From: Harriotta raleighana | Taxonomy: Eukaryota | Assembly: GCA_050575255.1 (NCBI GenBank) | Contig: JBNZDD010013698.1 | Span: 5,776,314-5,840,313, forward strand | Direction: 5' to 3' | DNA: 64,000 bases | In this document: positions 24,975 to 37,588 of the stretch, piece after piece | Numbering within the stretch: the stretch's first letter is position 1 | How the letters are laid out: each line of letters begins with the position of its first letter | The notes under the pieces: generated by a model | Database searches by the model: none | Seen by the model: the letters and a program-made list of their open reading frames with translations, nothing else | What the model was told of the DNA's origin: nothing | Position numbers and translations under genes: made by a program

Positions 24975-25850
24975 TGCATTTCTGTCCGACATCGAGTCCT
25001 GGACGAGGACAAATTTCCCACAGCTCAATGTCAACAAGAGGGAGCGTCAGCCGCTGATAACATCAGCGTTCAAGGCTGCTCTCTCCACCTCTTAAAGCCA
25101 ATCAGGAATCTGGGCATCTTGTTCGACCCCGAACTATCCTCCCTACCCCACATCCGCTCCATGACCAACACAGCCTTCCACCACTTCTGCAATATTACCA
25201 GACTCCTCTACTACCTAACCCCCCATGCCGCCGAAACCCTCATTCACACCTTGATCACTTCCAGGCTCGACTACGGGAACTCTCTCTACATTGGCTTTCC
25301 AAGCTCCTCCCTTCACAGGCTGCAGATCATTCAGAATTCTACAGCTTGTGTACACTCGCGCACCAGGTTTCGCGACCACATCAATCCCACCCTCGGCCGT
25401 CTCCACTGGCTCCCCATTCCCCAGAGGATCGACTTCAAGATCCTCGTCCTCACCTTCAAGGCCACCCCGTCTATCTCTCCGACCTGCTGCCTCCCTATCA
25501 GCCTGCCAGCACCCTCCATTCAGCAGACGTTCTACGTCCACCGCCCTAACCGCCCAACCATCGGTGGCCGGGCTTTCAGCCTCTCAGCCCTCACACTCTG
25601 GAACTCCATCCCGCAGTCCCTCCGCCTTGCTTCCTCCCTTTCCTCCTTCAAGGCCGGTCTCAAGACCTTCCTCTTCGACCGCGCGTTCGGCTCCCCCCCG
25701 AACTCTTACCCCTCTTCCACTCTCCTTCCCCCTACCCCGACCCTCACCCCGCTGCTCGGGTCCCGACCTGACTATTCAGCACTTTGGGACGTCCTCCGAA
25801 CGTGAAAGGCTCCATACAAGTGTAATTTTGTTGTTGTTATTATTGTTGTT
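24975..25850 (+). mobile_element. L2 LINE 3' ~0.9 kb (ORF2 C-terminus, pseudogenised)
   Basis: IRNLGILFDPELS..AETLIHTLITSRLDYGNSL..LQIIQN..LHWLPIPQRIDFKILVLTFKA..GGRAFS..LWNSIP..FKAGLKTFLF; tail gtgaaaggc..tgtaattt(tgt)n. Accounts for ORF 24939-25805. Confidence 0.93.
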
Positions 25851-26228
25851 CTTGTCTGATCTCTTAAATTCCTTCATTTAAGATTAGTGAATTCAATACC
25901 TCTCAAAACAAATCAAAATTGGAGGTCCCTCGTATTTTATCTTGATGTCAATGGTAGAATTTGTGCACTGAAACATAGTTCTGTCTAAATGAATAATCAA
26001 CCTTAGATATCTAGCTGGAGATCTATGACTGAGTTTGCGACAAATTTTTCAGCAAGATAAGAAATTCCTAATGGTGATGTTATGAGTGGCAGCAGAGCTG
26101 TTGCAGTCAACGTTTGTCCATCCATATATTGGAATCTATAATTCTTCCTTTCCATTAATTTATAATCCTTCCATTTGCCAAGAAGACTTCACTACATTGC
26201 AAACGTATTTGATGAATTGTACAATGTG

Positions 26229-26601
26229 GTGTCCTATAGCTTACTGATTATAGCACTCGCCTTGCAAGTGAGAGGACCTGGATTCGATTCCCAGGCAGGA
26301 TGAAATGTAAAGCAAGTTTCCTTAGTCCACATGGCTCTGTGTATCTAGCAGGAAGTAGGAACCCGCAAATTTGATTGGTGTATCACTTTGGCGTAACAAA
26401 TCCTTCAATATAATAACAAAATAAATAAATAATTTGGTCACTCAATCCACGACTGTGTGTGGGACACTGCTGCGCACAATTGGCTGCTGTGTTTCTCTAC
26501 AAAATATACAGTCAATTCACTTTATGATATATTCTATGAAGCTCTATGAGACATCTCAAAGATATGATAAGGCACTATATCAAATGCTGGGATTATTATT
26601 A
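26229..26601 (+). mobile_element. tRNA-derived SINE (long variant)
   Basis: Head with gattcgattcc, extra ctagcaggaagtaggaacccg segment, core and tail. Confidence 0.85.
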
Positions 26602-28096
26602 ATTTACTAGGATTTGCTTGACAGTGAGGAAGGACTAAAAGTTCCTTCTCCACTGGAACTGGTTACTATAAACACAATTTCCTGTCTTTTCCCCATTCGA
26701 AAGAACAAAGAGCTTGTGACATGACTCACAAAGGAACAACCTATGCTTCAATTTATTGTAAAAATAAGAGACAAAGATGTAACTCTTTATTACTATCCCC
26801 AGTGGATTCAATCCTTGCATTCTGTGCTTCATTTATAAACATTACAGTTGTGGTACAACATCTGGTCCTCATTATTGCTTCAACCTCATTGAATGATCCA
26901 TCACACTTATACAAAGAATATTTAGCTTACATTCGTCCCTTTATCTGCCTTCACTGTATAATGTAAATTTGTAATTCTGTCTGTCTCCATTGTACAATTA
27001 ATTGCTAATATTGTGTTTTGTTTATGATTGTAAAAGGCTCTTGTGGTTTTTTTAGAGCAATCCCATTGTAGAGTTCTGTAGAGTGCAGAAAATCATCCGT
27101 TCAATGATTACGGACAATTATTTAGTGTCCTATTTGAATGAAGAATAGATAAATTATAGCATTTAAATTTCTCATCAGTGATTTATATTACTCTTGTGGC
27201 ACAGAGTTAAATATGATTTAGTTTTAAGACTTAGTATTGAATATGCATTTCCAGGATAGTGAAATAATTCCAGCACATGACTTGTTTAAATTAATACCGG
27301 TCATTTTTCACCAATATAATAATAAATAATAATAGTATTTCCCCCCAATATACAGCTTTAATAGAGTTTAAAGTGAGGTCCATCTTACATTAATAATTAA
27401 CACTAGCAGTCTTTATTTACTTAAGCGTTCTAAGACACCGCCAAATGTGGACGCTGCTATAAACAGTAATTGCAAGTGGAACTTGTTGTTGCTTACCCAT
27501 AAAGCCACCAAAGTATAGTTTTCACCTTGATGGAAGCGAGTGATGAGTGTTTTGTTGAGATATTTCTGACATTGACCATTTTCACCAAATATTTATTTCT
27601 GATTCACACCACTAGATGTTACTGAATAAACTGCTACATCTATAAAATGCAGTGGAATATGAGAAATGCAGAGAGAAATAGAATCCCAATTTCCCCTCCT
27701 CAGTCACTGTTTAAGTTAATTGGCCTGGTTTCCCCGGGTTATCTGTCTACAGATTTAGCTGTTTTCAGTTAAGATGATGAATGTCAGGTAAAGCTTAGTT
27801 GCGATATCTTCGGATGGAATAGCCCACTGATATTCATGGTCTGGCCATTGATGTGAGCAGTGCCCAGTTGGTGGTGTAAGAGAACAAGGAAGAACCCAAG
27901 AAAACGATTTGCCAGAAATCATCAGCACTTCCATTGCCACACTCTGCATTCAAAAACAATTATTTTTGTAAAACACTTTGAGATGTTTTGATGTAATAAG
28001 GCACTATAGCAAATGCAAGTATTATTGTAAAGACTGGAGAAAATTGAAGGGTAGGTGGGGGCAAATGTTCCTATTTGTTCCACTCTGATGAGATGA

Positions 28097-28411
28097 ATAA
28101 TAATCATAATCCTTGCATTTGATATAGTAGTTTTCATGTCTTCTATATGTCTCAAAGTGCTTAAGAGAATACACTGAAAAGTGAATTGACTGTATACAGG
28201 TGGGTGAAACGTGGCAGCCAATTACGCACAGCAGTATCCCACAAACAGTCGTAGATTGAAATGACTAATTATTGATTTTGTTCTGAGGGATTATTGTCAG
28301 GCGTGTGGAGTAAGGAAAGTTGCCCAAGATTTCCCCCTGACCTGCTGGGAATTGAACCTAGGACTCTCGCTTGTAAGGCGAGTACTCTTAACCACTGAGC
28401 TATAGGACTCC
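28097..28411 (-). mobile_element. tRNA-derived SINE
   Basis: Complete copy on the minus strand ending ...gagctataggactcc. Confidence 0.88.
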
Positions 28412-29077
28412 ACACACTTAGTTAATTTTGTTCCACATTCAAAACCAATGAAACAATTTATATCAATGTCTTTAAGTGGAAGATATGGCCATTGTGTTGC
28501 CATTCATTTTCTTGTTAGATTAAATTGAATTATATTAAAATATACTGTGCGTTTGGAAGTTTTTATCTGAAGAGAAGGTGGTTCTGGAAATTGCAGTATT
28601 TTTTTTCTCCAAAAATCAATGTATACCTTATCATGAGAAATGCTGCAGGACATTTATGATACACATTTTGAAGATAAAATGTTAGTTTGAGGATACATTG
28701 TTTTGATGAACTGCTCCCACATTTTATTCATATTGCCTATTCATATTTTTATTTTCTTTCTTTGGCACATTTATTGGCAGTTACTTATACATTCATATAC
28801 TCATACACAGATAATTTGCTAACAGCTCAGTCCAGACCTTGCTGAAAGCATATTGATCCATTGATTCTTATTACATGACAAAAGTGCTTTCTACAAAAGA
28901 TAGGGTTGTGTTTCAAAGGCTGAGGTATTTTGACAGGACAATGAATTTGAAGCAATACGAATGCATGAATAGCTCTATTCTAAAAGAGAAGGAAGTGTTT
29001 ACTTGTGTCATGGCCACTCATCACCCCAATAAGTAAGAGTCACTCACAATTTTTCATACCTAATGGCAGTGTTGATA

Positions 29078-29460
29078 CAGTAAAACCCCGTTTATCCGAT
29101 GGGGGGTGGGGGGTCGACTAATTGACGGTGCCGGATAAATGGGTGGCAAATTGCCGAAAACCCAACATAAAAAATTAACTTATTTTGAAACATACCATGT
29201 TAATAACAGATGAAATTGTAACAGAATATTGTATGGATACTTACTAATAAAGCATTCCAGCACACTCGGTAAAAAGATTGGTAAAATCATTTTATACTGA
29301 TCGGTAAAAATCCAAGTTCGTAAGTTTAATAAGTGCGCATGCCCACGCATTGCACGAATGCCCAAAGTGAGAAAACTCGCAATTGCTGGAATGGGGAATT
29401 GCCCTGGGAGGGGGTCGAGCAATCCGGTTGATCGGGTCACGGATAAACGGGGTTTTGCGA
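29078..29460. mobile_element. MITE family A
   Basis: TA-cagtaaaaccccgtttatcc ... ggataaacggggttttgcga-TA. Confidence 0.87.
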
Positions 29461-30752
29461 TATTTGAAAAGAATTTGGAAAGTTTCTGACCAGCAGAACC
29501 CTCCTGAAATCTTTTTGTATCATTAAAATACTGGCTGAATGTCGACTGAACTGCCGTACTATAGGTTCTGTTTTAGTTAACTTTCGTAGAAAATGTCAAA
29601 GCAAAACAGAGAATGTTTAATCCTTCAAGGCTGTATTTATCATCTCACTTGGCACTATTAATATAAAAGTAATCCAAAGAAAAGATGCACTTCTGAAACA
29701 GTTGCCACCCAGAACATCAAATGAGTTTGAATTTATGAGGGCAAATGATTTTATTATACAGCGTGCGAGTGTGCTTGTTTAACAAGTCTGAAATCTTCTA
29801 ACTTACATACCTCAGATGATCTCTGTGGCATGAGTGCCGCAAGGTAAGCAAAATAACAAATTAATAATTTCCTTCTAATATTTTAGCATTTTATTTTTCC
29901 AAATGCTTCTTATTTCTGAAGCAGTTCTCCACTCCCAGTCAACCCACAGATGTGAAAGCTGCAACTAATGATCTCTTCCACCTTTAAAGTACAAGCCTTG
30001 CATTTTCTATCTTAGTCTCAATCTAATGTCATTTTAATTTAGCCAGGTTTGTACTGTCATAAATATATTGATGCAGAAAGTGACTTAGCTTTTGCCAAAT
30101 CTAAAATTTGATTGATTCATTGTTGAAAAATGCAAAACATAAAGGTTGCTTCAATGCCTATTTAGAACTCTAAAGACTTGATCTAATGCAAATTGCTTGT
30201 TCAGCACTTTGCACAAAGGGACGGTCGTTAATACTTCAAAATGTATCATTTGAAAGTGCTAATATTTGAATAAACATTTCAGATTGGAAATTTGTCTGAG
30301 TTTGCAAACCAAAAATCTGCTCCACATGTAATTTATAATGTTATTGATATTACAACTCACTAATATTGGGATTCAGTCCTTACATAAATGACTCCCTCCC
30401 TTTACAGCCAGCTCATTTTTGTCGTTTTAGTCCACCAGTGATAGAGTTGATAAGCCAACCATCAAATAAACGTTGTGTCAAGAGAATATTTTTAACTTGA
30501 GAGTAAATTGGCTGTACCTGCATTCTGGAAATAGGATCTCAGAATCAATGGGAGAAGCATGTGGATACAATTAGCACCTTTGCCAAGTTTAGTAATGAGA
30601 AATCTGGATGGGTTGATGACTTTCTTCCACATTGTTCATTTCTAAGCCAAGGAAAGAGTGCCTTTAAAATCACATTGGCAGCAGTAATTCAGGCATACCT
30701 TCAATGCGTTTTAAAGTCGTTTGCACTTAAAATCCAACAATGATCGGAGCAA

Positions 30753-30846
30753 AAACAGAAATCGCTGGGAACACTCTGCGGGTCATGCAGCATCTATGGA
30801 GAAAGGAAAAGTGAGTCAACGTTTCAGGTCCACGACCCTTCGTCAG
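30753..30846 (-). mobile_element. ~94 bp Penelope-terminal insert with 14 bp TSD
   Basis: TSD aatgatcggagcaa at 30739-30752 and 30847-30860; the body matches the arm at 4664-4760. Confidence 0.85.
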
Positions 30847-30848
30847 AA
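30814..30848 (-). ncRNA. Minimal hammerhead ribozyme motif
   Basis: Reverse complement: tt-CTGACGA-a-gggtc-gtg-gacct-GAAA-cgtt-gact; intact core boxes and palindromic AACGTT. Confidence 0.7.
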
Positions 30849-31409
30849 TGATCGGAGCAAGTTGACTAGAAATGGAAAAAAAATCTGACCAGTTTCTAAC
30901 ACGTTCCAGCTTGATTAAAATAATTTTTTTAAACTGATGTTAGTGGCTGATTTGAAAGTGTTCCTAACTAGAAATTTTGCAATAGTTTTTCAGAACCTTA
31001 CACTGCATGCAGCTTGCAAATAAATTGTAATGAATTGTCTTTTGTGTGTTACTCCATGCTACTTACTTTATCTTGATAATGTAAGTACTGTATGGTCATT
31101 GTCAAATTTATTTCTGTTTAAATGTTATGCAGTCGATTGTGTGAAGCACTTTGAGATATCTTGAAGTCGTGATAAGGCGCTATCTCAAATGCAAGGATTA
31201 TTATTCTGGTTATTATTTTCCTAGAGTTGATATGATAAGCAGGGTGGCAATTATGATGGGATGTATGGGCCAGTTTCTGTGTATCTGAGGCATGGGGTTA
31301 GTAGTTCTTGTCTACTGGGACCCAGTTGTTCCACAAGTCCAATAGCATATAGTGAATACTTAAAGTCTATAGAAATCATAAGGACATAATAAATGTTTTA
31401 GCTGTACTT

Positions 31410-31830
31410 TATGATGTCACCTCTGTCTGGACTACTCTACCACCCTCCTCTCCGGTCTTCTCTTCTCCACTATTCACAAAATTCAACTCATTCAAAAGTT
31501 CGCTCTCCGCATTCTCATCCGCACCAAACTTGGTACCCTGATTAGCCCAGTCCTTGTCAAACTCCACTGGCTCCTTCTCCCAGAACAGATCGACTTCAAG
31601 ATCCTCACTCTAATGTTTAAATCCCTCCACTCCTCAGGACCCTCCTATCTCTCTAACTTCCCATTTCCTCACAGCAATTCCCGCTGCCTCAGCTCTCCAG
31701 GGTCCAGCCTCCTCCTTGTCCCCTGAATCCTCCGCTCCGCTATTCGGCGGCCATGCTTTCAGCCATTTCCCCCCTGAAACTCTGGAACGTCTTTGATGTG
31801 ATTAGTCGCGATACCAAATACAAGGATCAT
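31410..31830 (+). mobile_element. Degenerate L2 3' fragment
   Basis: ctggactac (LDY), ctccactggctc (LHWL), gacttcaagatcctc (DFKIL), ctctggaac (LWN). Confidence 0.75.
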
Positions 31831-32552
31831 TATCAAATACTATTAAAATAATTAAATATGCTATTTTGAACAATACCTTCACTTCTATTTGCTTTCTGGT
31901 CATTGTGTTTAGCTTATCATATAGAGTACTTCTGGTTATGCAAAGTTAAAGGTTGTTTTAACTTAGTAAGTCCACTGTAAACTGCTTGCTAACTGACAAC
32001 ACTTTAGTTTTTAGAACAAATGAGATCCTTCATCCAGCTCTTAATGAGCAATTTTAGGCCATATATAGGTCACATATTCACTTCCTCCTCAGCACTGAGT
32101 TTGCCGATCTCTCACCAAGTAGTAGTTTGGGTTTGACATTTAGCTTGAGTGCTGCATTGGGGAAGGTGAGTTAGTAAAAATCAGCCAGACTTCTCATTTC
32201 TGATTAACATCCACTGCTGGAAAATGTGTGTCATAATAATGTTAAGCTGAAGTGTGAATGGTCTGCTGAAATGCATTTTTGGGGAATGTGCATTAATGAT
32301 GACCTTTTAAGCAGGATACTCCAGGAACCTGAGGGAGGAGTGAGAAAACTGGAGGAAAAAGCATTGTTTAAATTTAATAGTTTTAATGTATTCTGCATTC
32401 TGAAATAGAAGGGTTTGGGTCATTTATTCCCCTGGTTCTTGCTATTTGTTTTATTTTACCTTAGACTTTCTGTTTTGGGTCTTTAATACAATAATAGACA
32501 ATTTATTAAGCACCTAAAATTGTTATGTTAAGATTACTGATTATTTTTACAG

Positions 32553-32677
32553 AAATCACCTGCAAAGAAGTTGAGCCATGCAATTAGCAAGTCCCTTGGA
32601 TGTGTACCAAGCAGAGAGCCACCTCATCCTGTATACCCCGAGATGCCAGAGAAACCTCTAGATTTGGCCCATATAGT
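32553..32677 (+). CDS. DTNB: beta-dystrobrevin coding exon, 125 bp (ends in phase 2)
   Basis: Acceptor ttatttttacag|, donor GT|gtgagt. Translates [41 protein letters not shown](V), which is DTNB-like rather than DTNA-like (LTNALSKSLSC). Missed by the ORF track. Confidence 0.95.
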
Positions 32678-34958
32678 GTGAGTAATTAGCTTTTATCTGA
32701 AATTAAGCCCAGATGTGAATAGTACTGCAATGGTTTCTTTATTTCATGAATAAATGGCGATTGCAGAGAGATTGGGGCAATGCATTGATAGTACTGCAGT
32801 AGCTTCCTTTGTAACACATCAAAATACACTTTGAATTGATTTTGCATAAACTGGCAAACCAACCTGGTTGCATTAATCAACGTGGAATTCGCAGTGAAGA
32901 TCTTATTACTGCATTACTGGAGACTAAAAACCTACTTAAAAACTGTTACAATTATTGAAGTTTTAGTTCTTAATTGCATCCACCAAACCATAGTGTATCT
33001 CATTATGAAAAATGCAAGAGAATGAAATTCAAGCCTCGCCAGCTGGTTAAGTGCTTGTTTATTAGAGACTCAATTCTTCCTAAACCAATACTTTTATTGG
33101 CTGGTATTGATGCAATCTATTCTGTGTTTTGATTTGAGTGTTTTCACAAATGTGCTGATGGCGTTGTAACTGAGTTACAAACAATATAAGTAGATTTTAT
33201 CATTTAGCATTGGCTGCTGTTCACATCAGAATTATTTGAAATTCAAACTTTGAATTTTGTTTTTGTTAAAGTTCCCCCAAGAATTAGATAAGATTAATCT
33301 GGTAAATTGTCTTACATTCATTAATGTAAGTTATATACCAGGGATGCATTAGCAAAAGGTATGTACGGAGAGGAATAGGTTTTCTTTATTGTAAACTCTT
33401 TTGAGGCCTCTAACACTGTCTACGTACACTTGGAATGTTGAACATAATGAAGTCTTCAGTAAAGGTATCACATAGAATTTGGGGGGTCTTTAGCAGTAGC
33501 ATCTTCAAGCCACTTTCATTCAAAGCTGCAAAACTATCATTGCATGGAGGCAATCAGCCCACTAAATCCTTGTTTGTAATGTAGTAGCAAATTCAATGGC
33601 AGTCAATTAGTCTATGCTCTCTGTGTTATTGCTCAGTTTATCTTGACGTTGTGCTATTTCCTGGAGGATTTCCATTGCAAGCATGCTGCAAATGTTATAC
33701 TAAATGGCCAATAAGATATCCATGACATCATATGGACAAAATTATAAGATGATTTAGGAGTAGGTTGTTGCTGGAGGATTCAATGACAAGAACTGTTTGC
33801 GCCTGTGTAATGCTTTTCATGTAGGAAACCATTTCAGAAATGTTTACAGTGACTGTGCAGGACCCTGAGTGTGTGAGTGTGTGTGTGGGGGGGGGAAGGT
33901 TTTGAAAGATGAGATGGTAGGATTTGGATAGAGAGTTCCATACACATTCACAGACCAGCATTGATAGTTATGCTGCTGCTGTGAGAGACAGAATTTAAAG
34001 GCATGGTTTAGCACTGAACTAAAACCCTTAAATTACACGTACGATGCTTGATTTATTTTCAAATTGCAAGCCACATACATTGGATCTGATCATTGCCTTC
34101 TGCTGTATTGTTTTAATCTGCACTGTTTACAGTCAAAACTCTTTGTTCAACTCATCACAGCCTGAAATTAATAGGATTTTCACAGTTCTAGCTTAAACAG
34201 AATGTGTGTATTTGCTCAGTCACCTTAGAGAAGGGCAGCGATGGAAGAATTGTGAGTTCTTTTGAGGTCACAAATTGAGAAGAGAGTGGGAAAGATTTAG
34301 TGGTTTGTTTGCTCTCCTTACAGAGATGATGATTCACTGTTGAGATTAATTAACTGATTCTGATCTACACAGGACTGAATTTCCTAGTAATCAACTGCAG
34401 ATTATTTCAGCAAGCTTACTGACAAAATAAATGTCACCATCATTTGTTCTCTGACTATGCCTCCAGGTGGAATGGGCGGGGGAGGTAAAACCAAGCCCAA
34501 ATTCCTTATTCACCCTCCTACAAAAAATATCACTTGATGGTACATCTTATGAAGTGTTTTGAGTTGTCCACTAGATGTGACAGACTATATATTACATGTA
34601 ATGATTATTAATATATATCCCTCTCCACTGTGCATAATTGGCTTCTATATTCGCCCACACAATATATAGTCAATTCACTTTACAGTATATTTTGTGATGC
34701 ACTTTCAAACATCTTGAAGGTTCTATATATTTGTCCTGTAGCTCAGTGGTTAGAGCACTCGCCTTACAAGTGTGAGATCTGTGTTTGAATACAGTCAGAT
34801 CAGGGTGAAATCTTGATCAAATTTCCTTACTTCTTACTCCACACAACTCATAATAATCTGTCCCCCAAAAAAAATCTATAATAAAATTGATCATTTCAAC
34901 CCAAGACTTGTGGACACTGCTGTGTGCAATTGGCTGCCGCGTTTCACCCACAAATATA

Positions 34959-35629
34959 CAGGCAGTCCTCTAGTTACGACGTTTCGAGGTACGACAATTC
35001 GAAGTTACGACACTTAAAATCAGTAAAATTATGTCCGAGTTACATCCCAAGACTCGAAGTTATGACACTACTATGTAAATACTTTAGTTGCCCCACGCGC
35101 GATAGAAAACTGGAGTCGCCGCTCTCAACACTTACGGGACCACGATACGCGTTCAGGACAGGAACAGGATGGAGGCGAGACGCGAGTGTGTACTGTACAG
35201 GTACTGTGTGAGTCTGTGAGCTCGGCGGTACAGTACTCTCCAGCCTTTAGACTGCGCTACGTCACGTGCGATCTGTGTTGCGCTACGTCACGTGTGATCT
35301 GCGTTGCGCTATGTCGCATGTGATCTGCGTTGCGCTACATCGCGTGTGATCTCCTGTGTTGCGCTACGTCGCGTGTGATCTCCTATGTTGCGCTACATTG
35401 AGCGCCAGACTTACAATGAAGCCATGTAAGTACACAGTAATATTTTATTTTATTTACAGTACTGTACATATTAGGAGGGGTGCAGGGGAGAGAGAGCAGC
35501 CCACTATACACTACAACCAATCACTGTATGTTACTGTAAGCATTATAGGGGGGTGACTCGACTTACATACAAATTCGATTTACACCACATCTTAGTAACC
35601 TAACCCTGACGTATCTTGAGGACTGCCTG
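34959..35629. mobile_element. Tigger-like non-autonomous DNA transposon, family B
   Basis: TIRs caggcagtcctc.agttacg / cgtatcttgaggactgcctg, with TA on both sides. Confidence 0.88.
35253..35398. repeat. CpG-rich minisatellite, 26-28 bp unit, ~5.5 copies
   Basis: Unit approximately tgcgctacgtcrcgtgtgatctgygt. Confidence 0.85.
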
Positions 35630-37346
35630 TAGTCGATTCATTTTACAATATATTCTGTGAAGCACTTTGAGACGTCTAGAAGATGTGAAAAGTACTATAT
35701 CAAAGGCAAAGATTATTATTTATTATATATCAAATGTAAGGATTATTATTATTAAACTAGTGTACAGATTATGGTCTGCAACAGAGAACAACAACATTAA
35801 ATTTGTAGAACTAGGACTGAATACAAGAAATAAAGATTTTATAAAAGGGGAGAGTTCTGAAACAAAACAAGAAATGCTGGCAATCCAGGCCAGTCAGCGC
35901 CTGAAACAGAAAGTTTGGCTAAGGTTTTGGGCACTGTCTTTAATCAACAACAGTAACAAAATGACATTTATAGAGTGCCTATCACGTTGGGAGGACGTTC
36001 CAAGGCGCTGGAACAGGGAGTGGGTTGAAATCTGAAATCTAAAGTTGACTGTTCAATTTTTACTACTCCTGAAGCTAATTGGAGCACCTCTGTTCAATTG
36101 CTGGCTTGGAACTGTTTCTACTTCATCTTCATTCCCTTGTGTCCTCAGCATGTGTTATTACTCTAAATGTCATAACAATGGACCTTTAGCATTAATTTGA
36201 CACAGAAATGACACAAGAGCAACTGCTAAACATCCCAATCTAATTTTGGGCAGTCTGTAATCAGCTTATGGTTTTCGTTGGTGACAAACATGCTTTGAAA
36301 CATACTCAATTTGCACTGCTATAATAAATGCAAAAATAATCTCACTGTGGTTTTCAATCTACCATACCAAACCGTCACCCCCCAAAAAAAACACATTGGT
36401 CGTAAATAGCCCTGTATATTTTACACACTGAAAATGAAGTATACTTCGGGCTGACAAAACAACATTGAGAGAAGTGGTGACTGTAGTTAAAATACTCGAG
36501 GCATCACTATGCGTGTTTGAGGCTTGCTGACCCAACCTGCATGTATCAACGGACCACACCAAAGACTCGGGTCTGGACGTCAAATCAATGGGTCGGTGCT
36601 TGCATGTTGTGAATGGGCAGGATCAATTTTATTTGGCTGCTCACAACCATCTCACACTCGAGCAGGTTGCAGTCACTTTCAGTTACGTAAGTAGGACATA
36701 ACTATGTTTCCCCTTTGTCACTAAAACTCCACATTGTAATCTCTCTTGTCAGTTCAATATGATTATTCATTGTGTTTCTGAATCTTACAGATGATCAAAT
36801 TCTTGTGTTTCATCCCAATTCGGTGTTGAGTTTACTGTCCTCAGCCTGGGTGAATGCAGGATTTATAATTGGCTTCAGCTAATGGATTTCCATTGATATC
36901 CAGGAACCCCTGATCGAGATGCATATGTGTATATCGGGTGACAACAGGATCAGGCATACTAGAGAAGATCACAGAAATGACATACTAGAGGGAAATCGCT
37001 GCTTTGTGGAATTATTTTCTTTAGAAAATAAGAGTGGGAGTATTCATGGGTCTTAACTGTAACCATTTGTAAGTGGTACAATGGGATCTGGCTAAGGCTT
37101 GCTGAGAATAGAAATTTGGGATTACTGTATATGGACAGAGATGATATTAAATAGTGCATAACATTCGTGCCTAGTTAATACATGATAAATTATATTCTAT
37201 TATACATCTGGAAGCAACATTTGTCCATGCTATAAAGGATGACTCATTCAATAGCTCAATTTTCCTTAGAGTGAGTATGTGTGATGATGGAAATGAATAG
37301 CATTTAAGCAGTTTGCATTTAGAGTTTCATGGTGATAAACAGTTTC

Positions 37347-37588
37347 AACAAAAAAACAACAATTGCTGGAAGCACTCAGCAAGTCTGGCAGCATGAATGG
37401 AAAAGGGAAAGTGAGTCAACGTTTTGGGTCCATGACCCTTTGACAGAAGGATCTGATGAGGGAACCTGGACTCAAAACGTTGACTCACTTTCCTTTCTCC
37501 ATAGATGCTGCCTGAACTGCTGAGTGCTCCCAGCAATTTCTGTTTTAGTTTTAGACTTCCAGCATCTACAACATTTTGTGTTTTGTTT
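37347..37588. mobile_element. Palindromic Penelope-terminal doublet with decayed hammerhead cores
   Basis: Arms gaaagtgagtcaacgttttg / caaaacgttgactcactttc around ...gaccctttgacagaaggatctgatgagg... Confidence 0.8.

Larger units (their letters stand above)
34732..35724 (+). mobile_element. tRNA-derived SINE interrupted by a Tigger-like element
   Basis: Head and core at 34732-34958; resumes at 35630 (tagtcgattcattttac...tail). Confidence 0.85.

Noticed and set aside
24939-25805. Longest ORF in the track (288 aa), and similar ORFs at 43985-44743 and 12910-13498
   Set aside because: Decayed L2 ORF2 fragments, not host genes.
35253-35398. Regular ~27 bp repeats resembling a CRISPR array
   Set aside because: There are no unique spacers and the context is eukaryotic; it is a minisatellite within a transposon.
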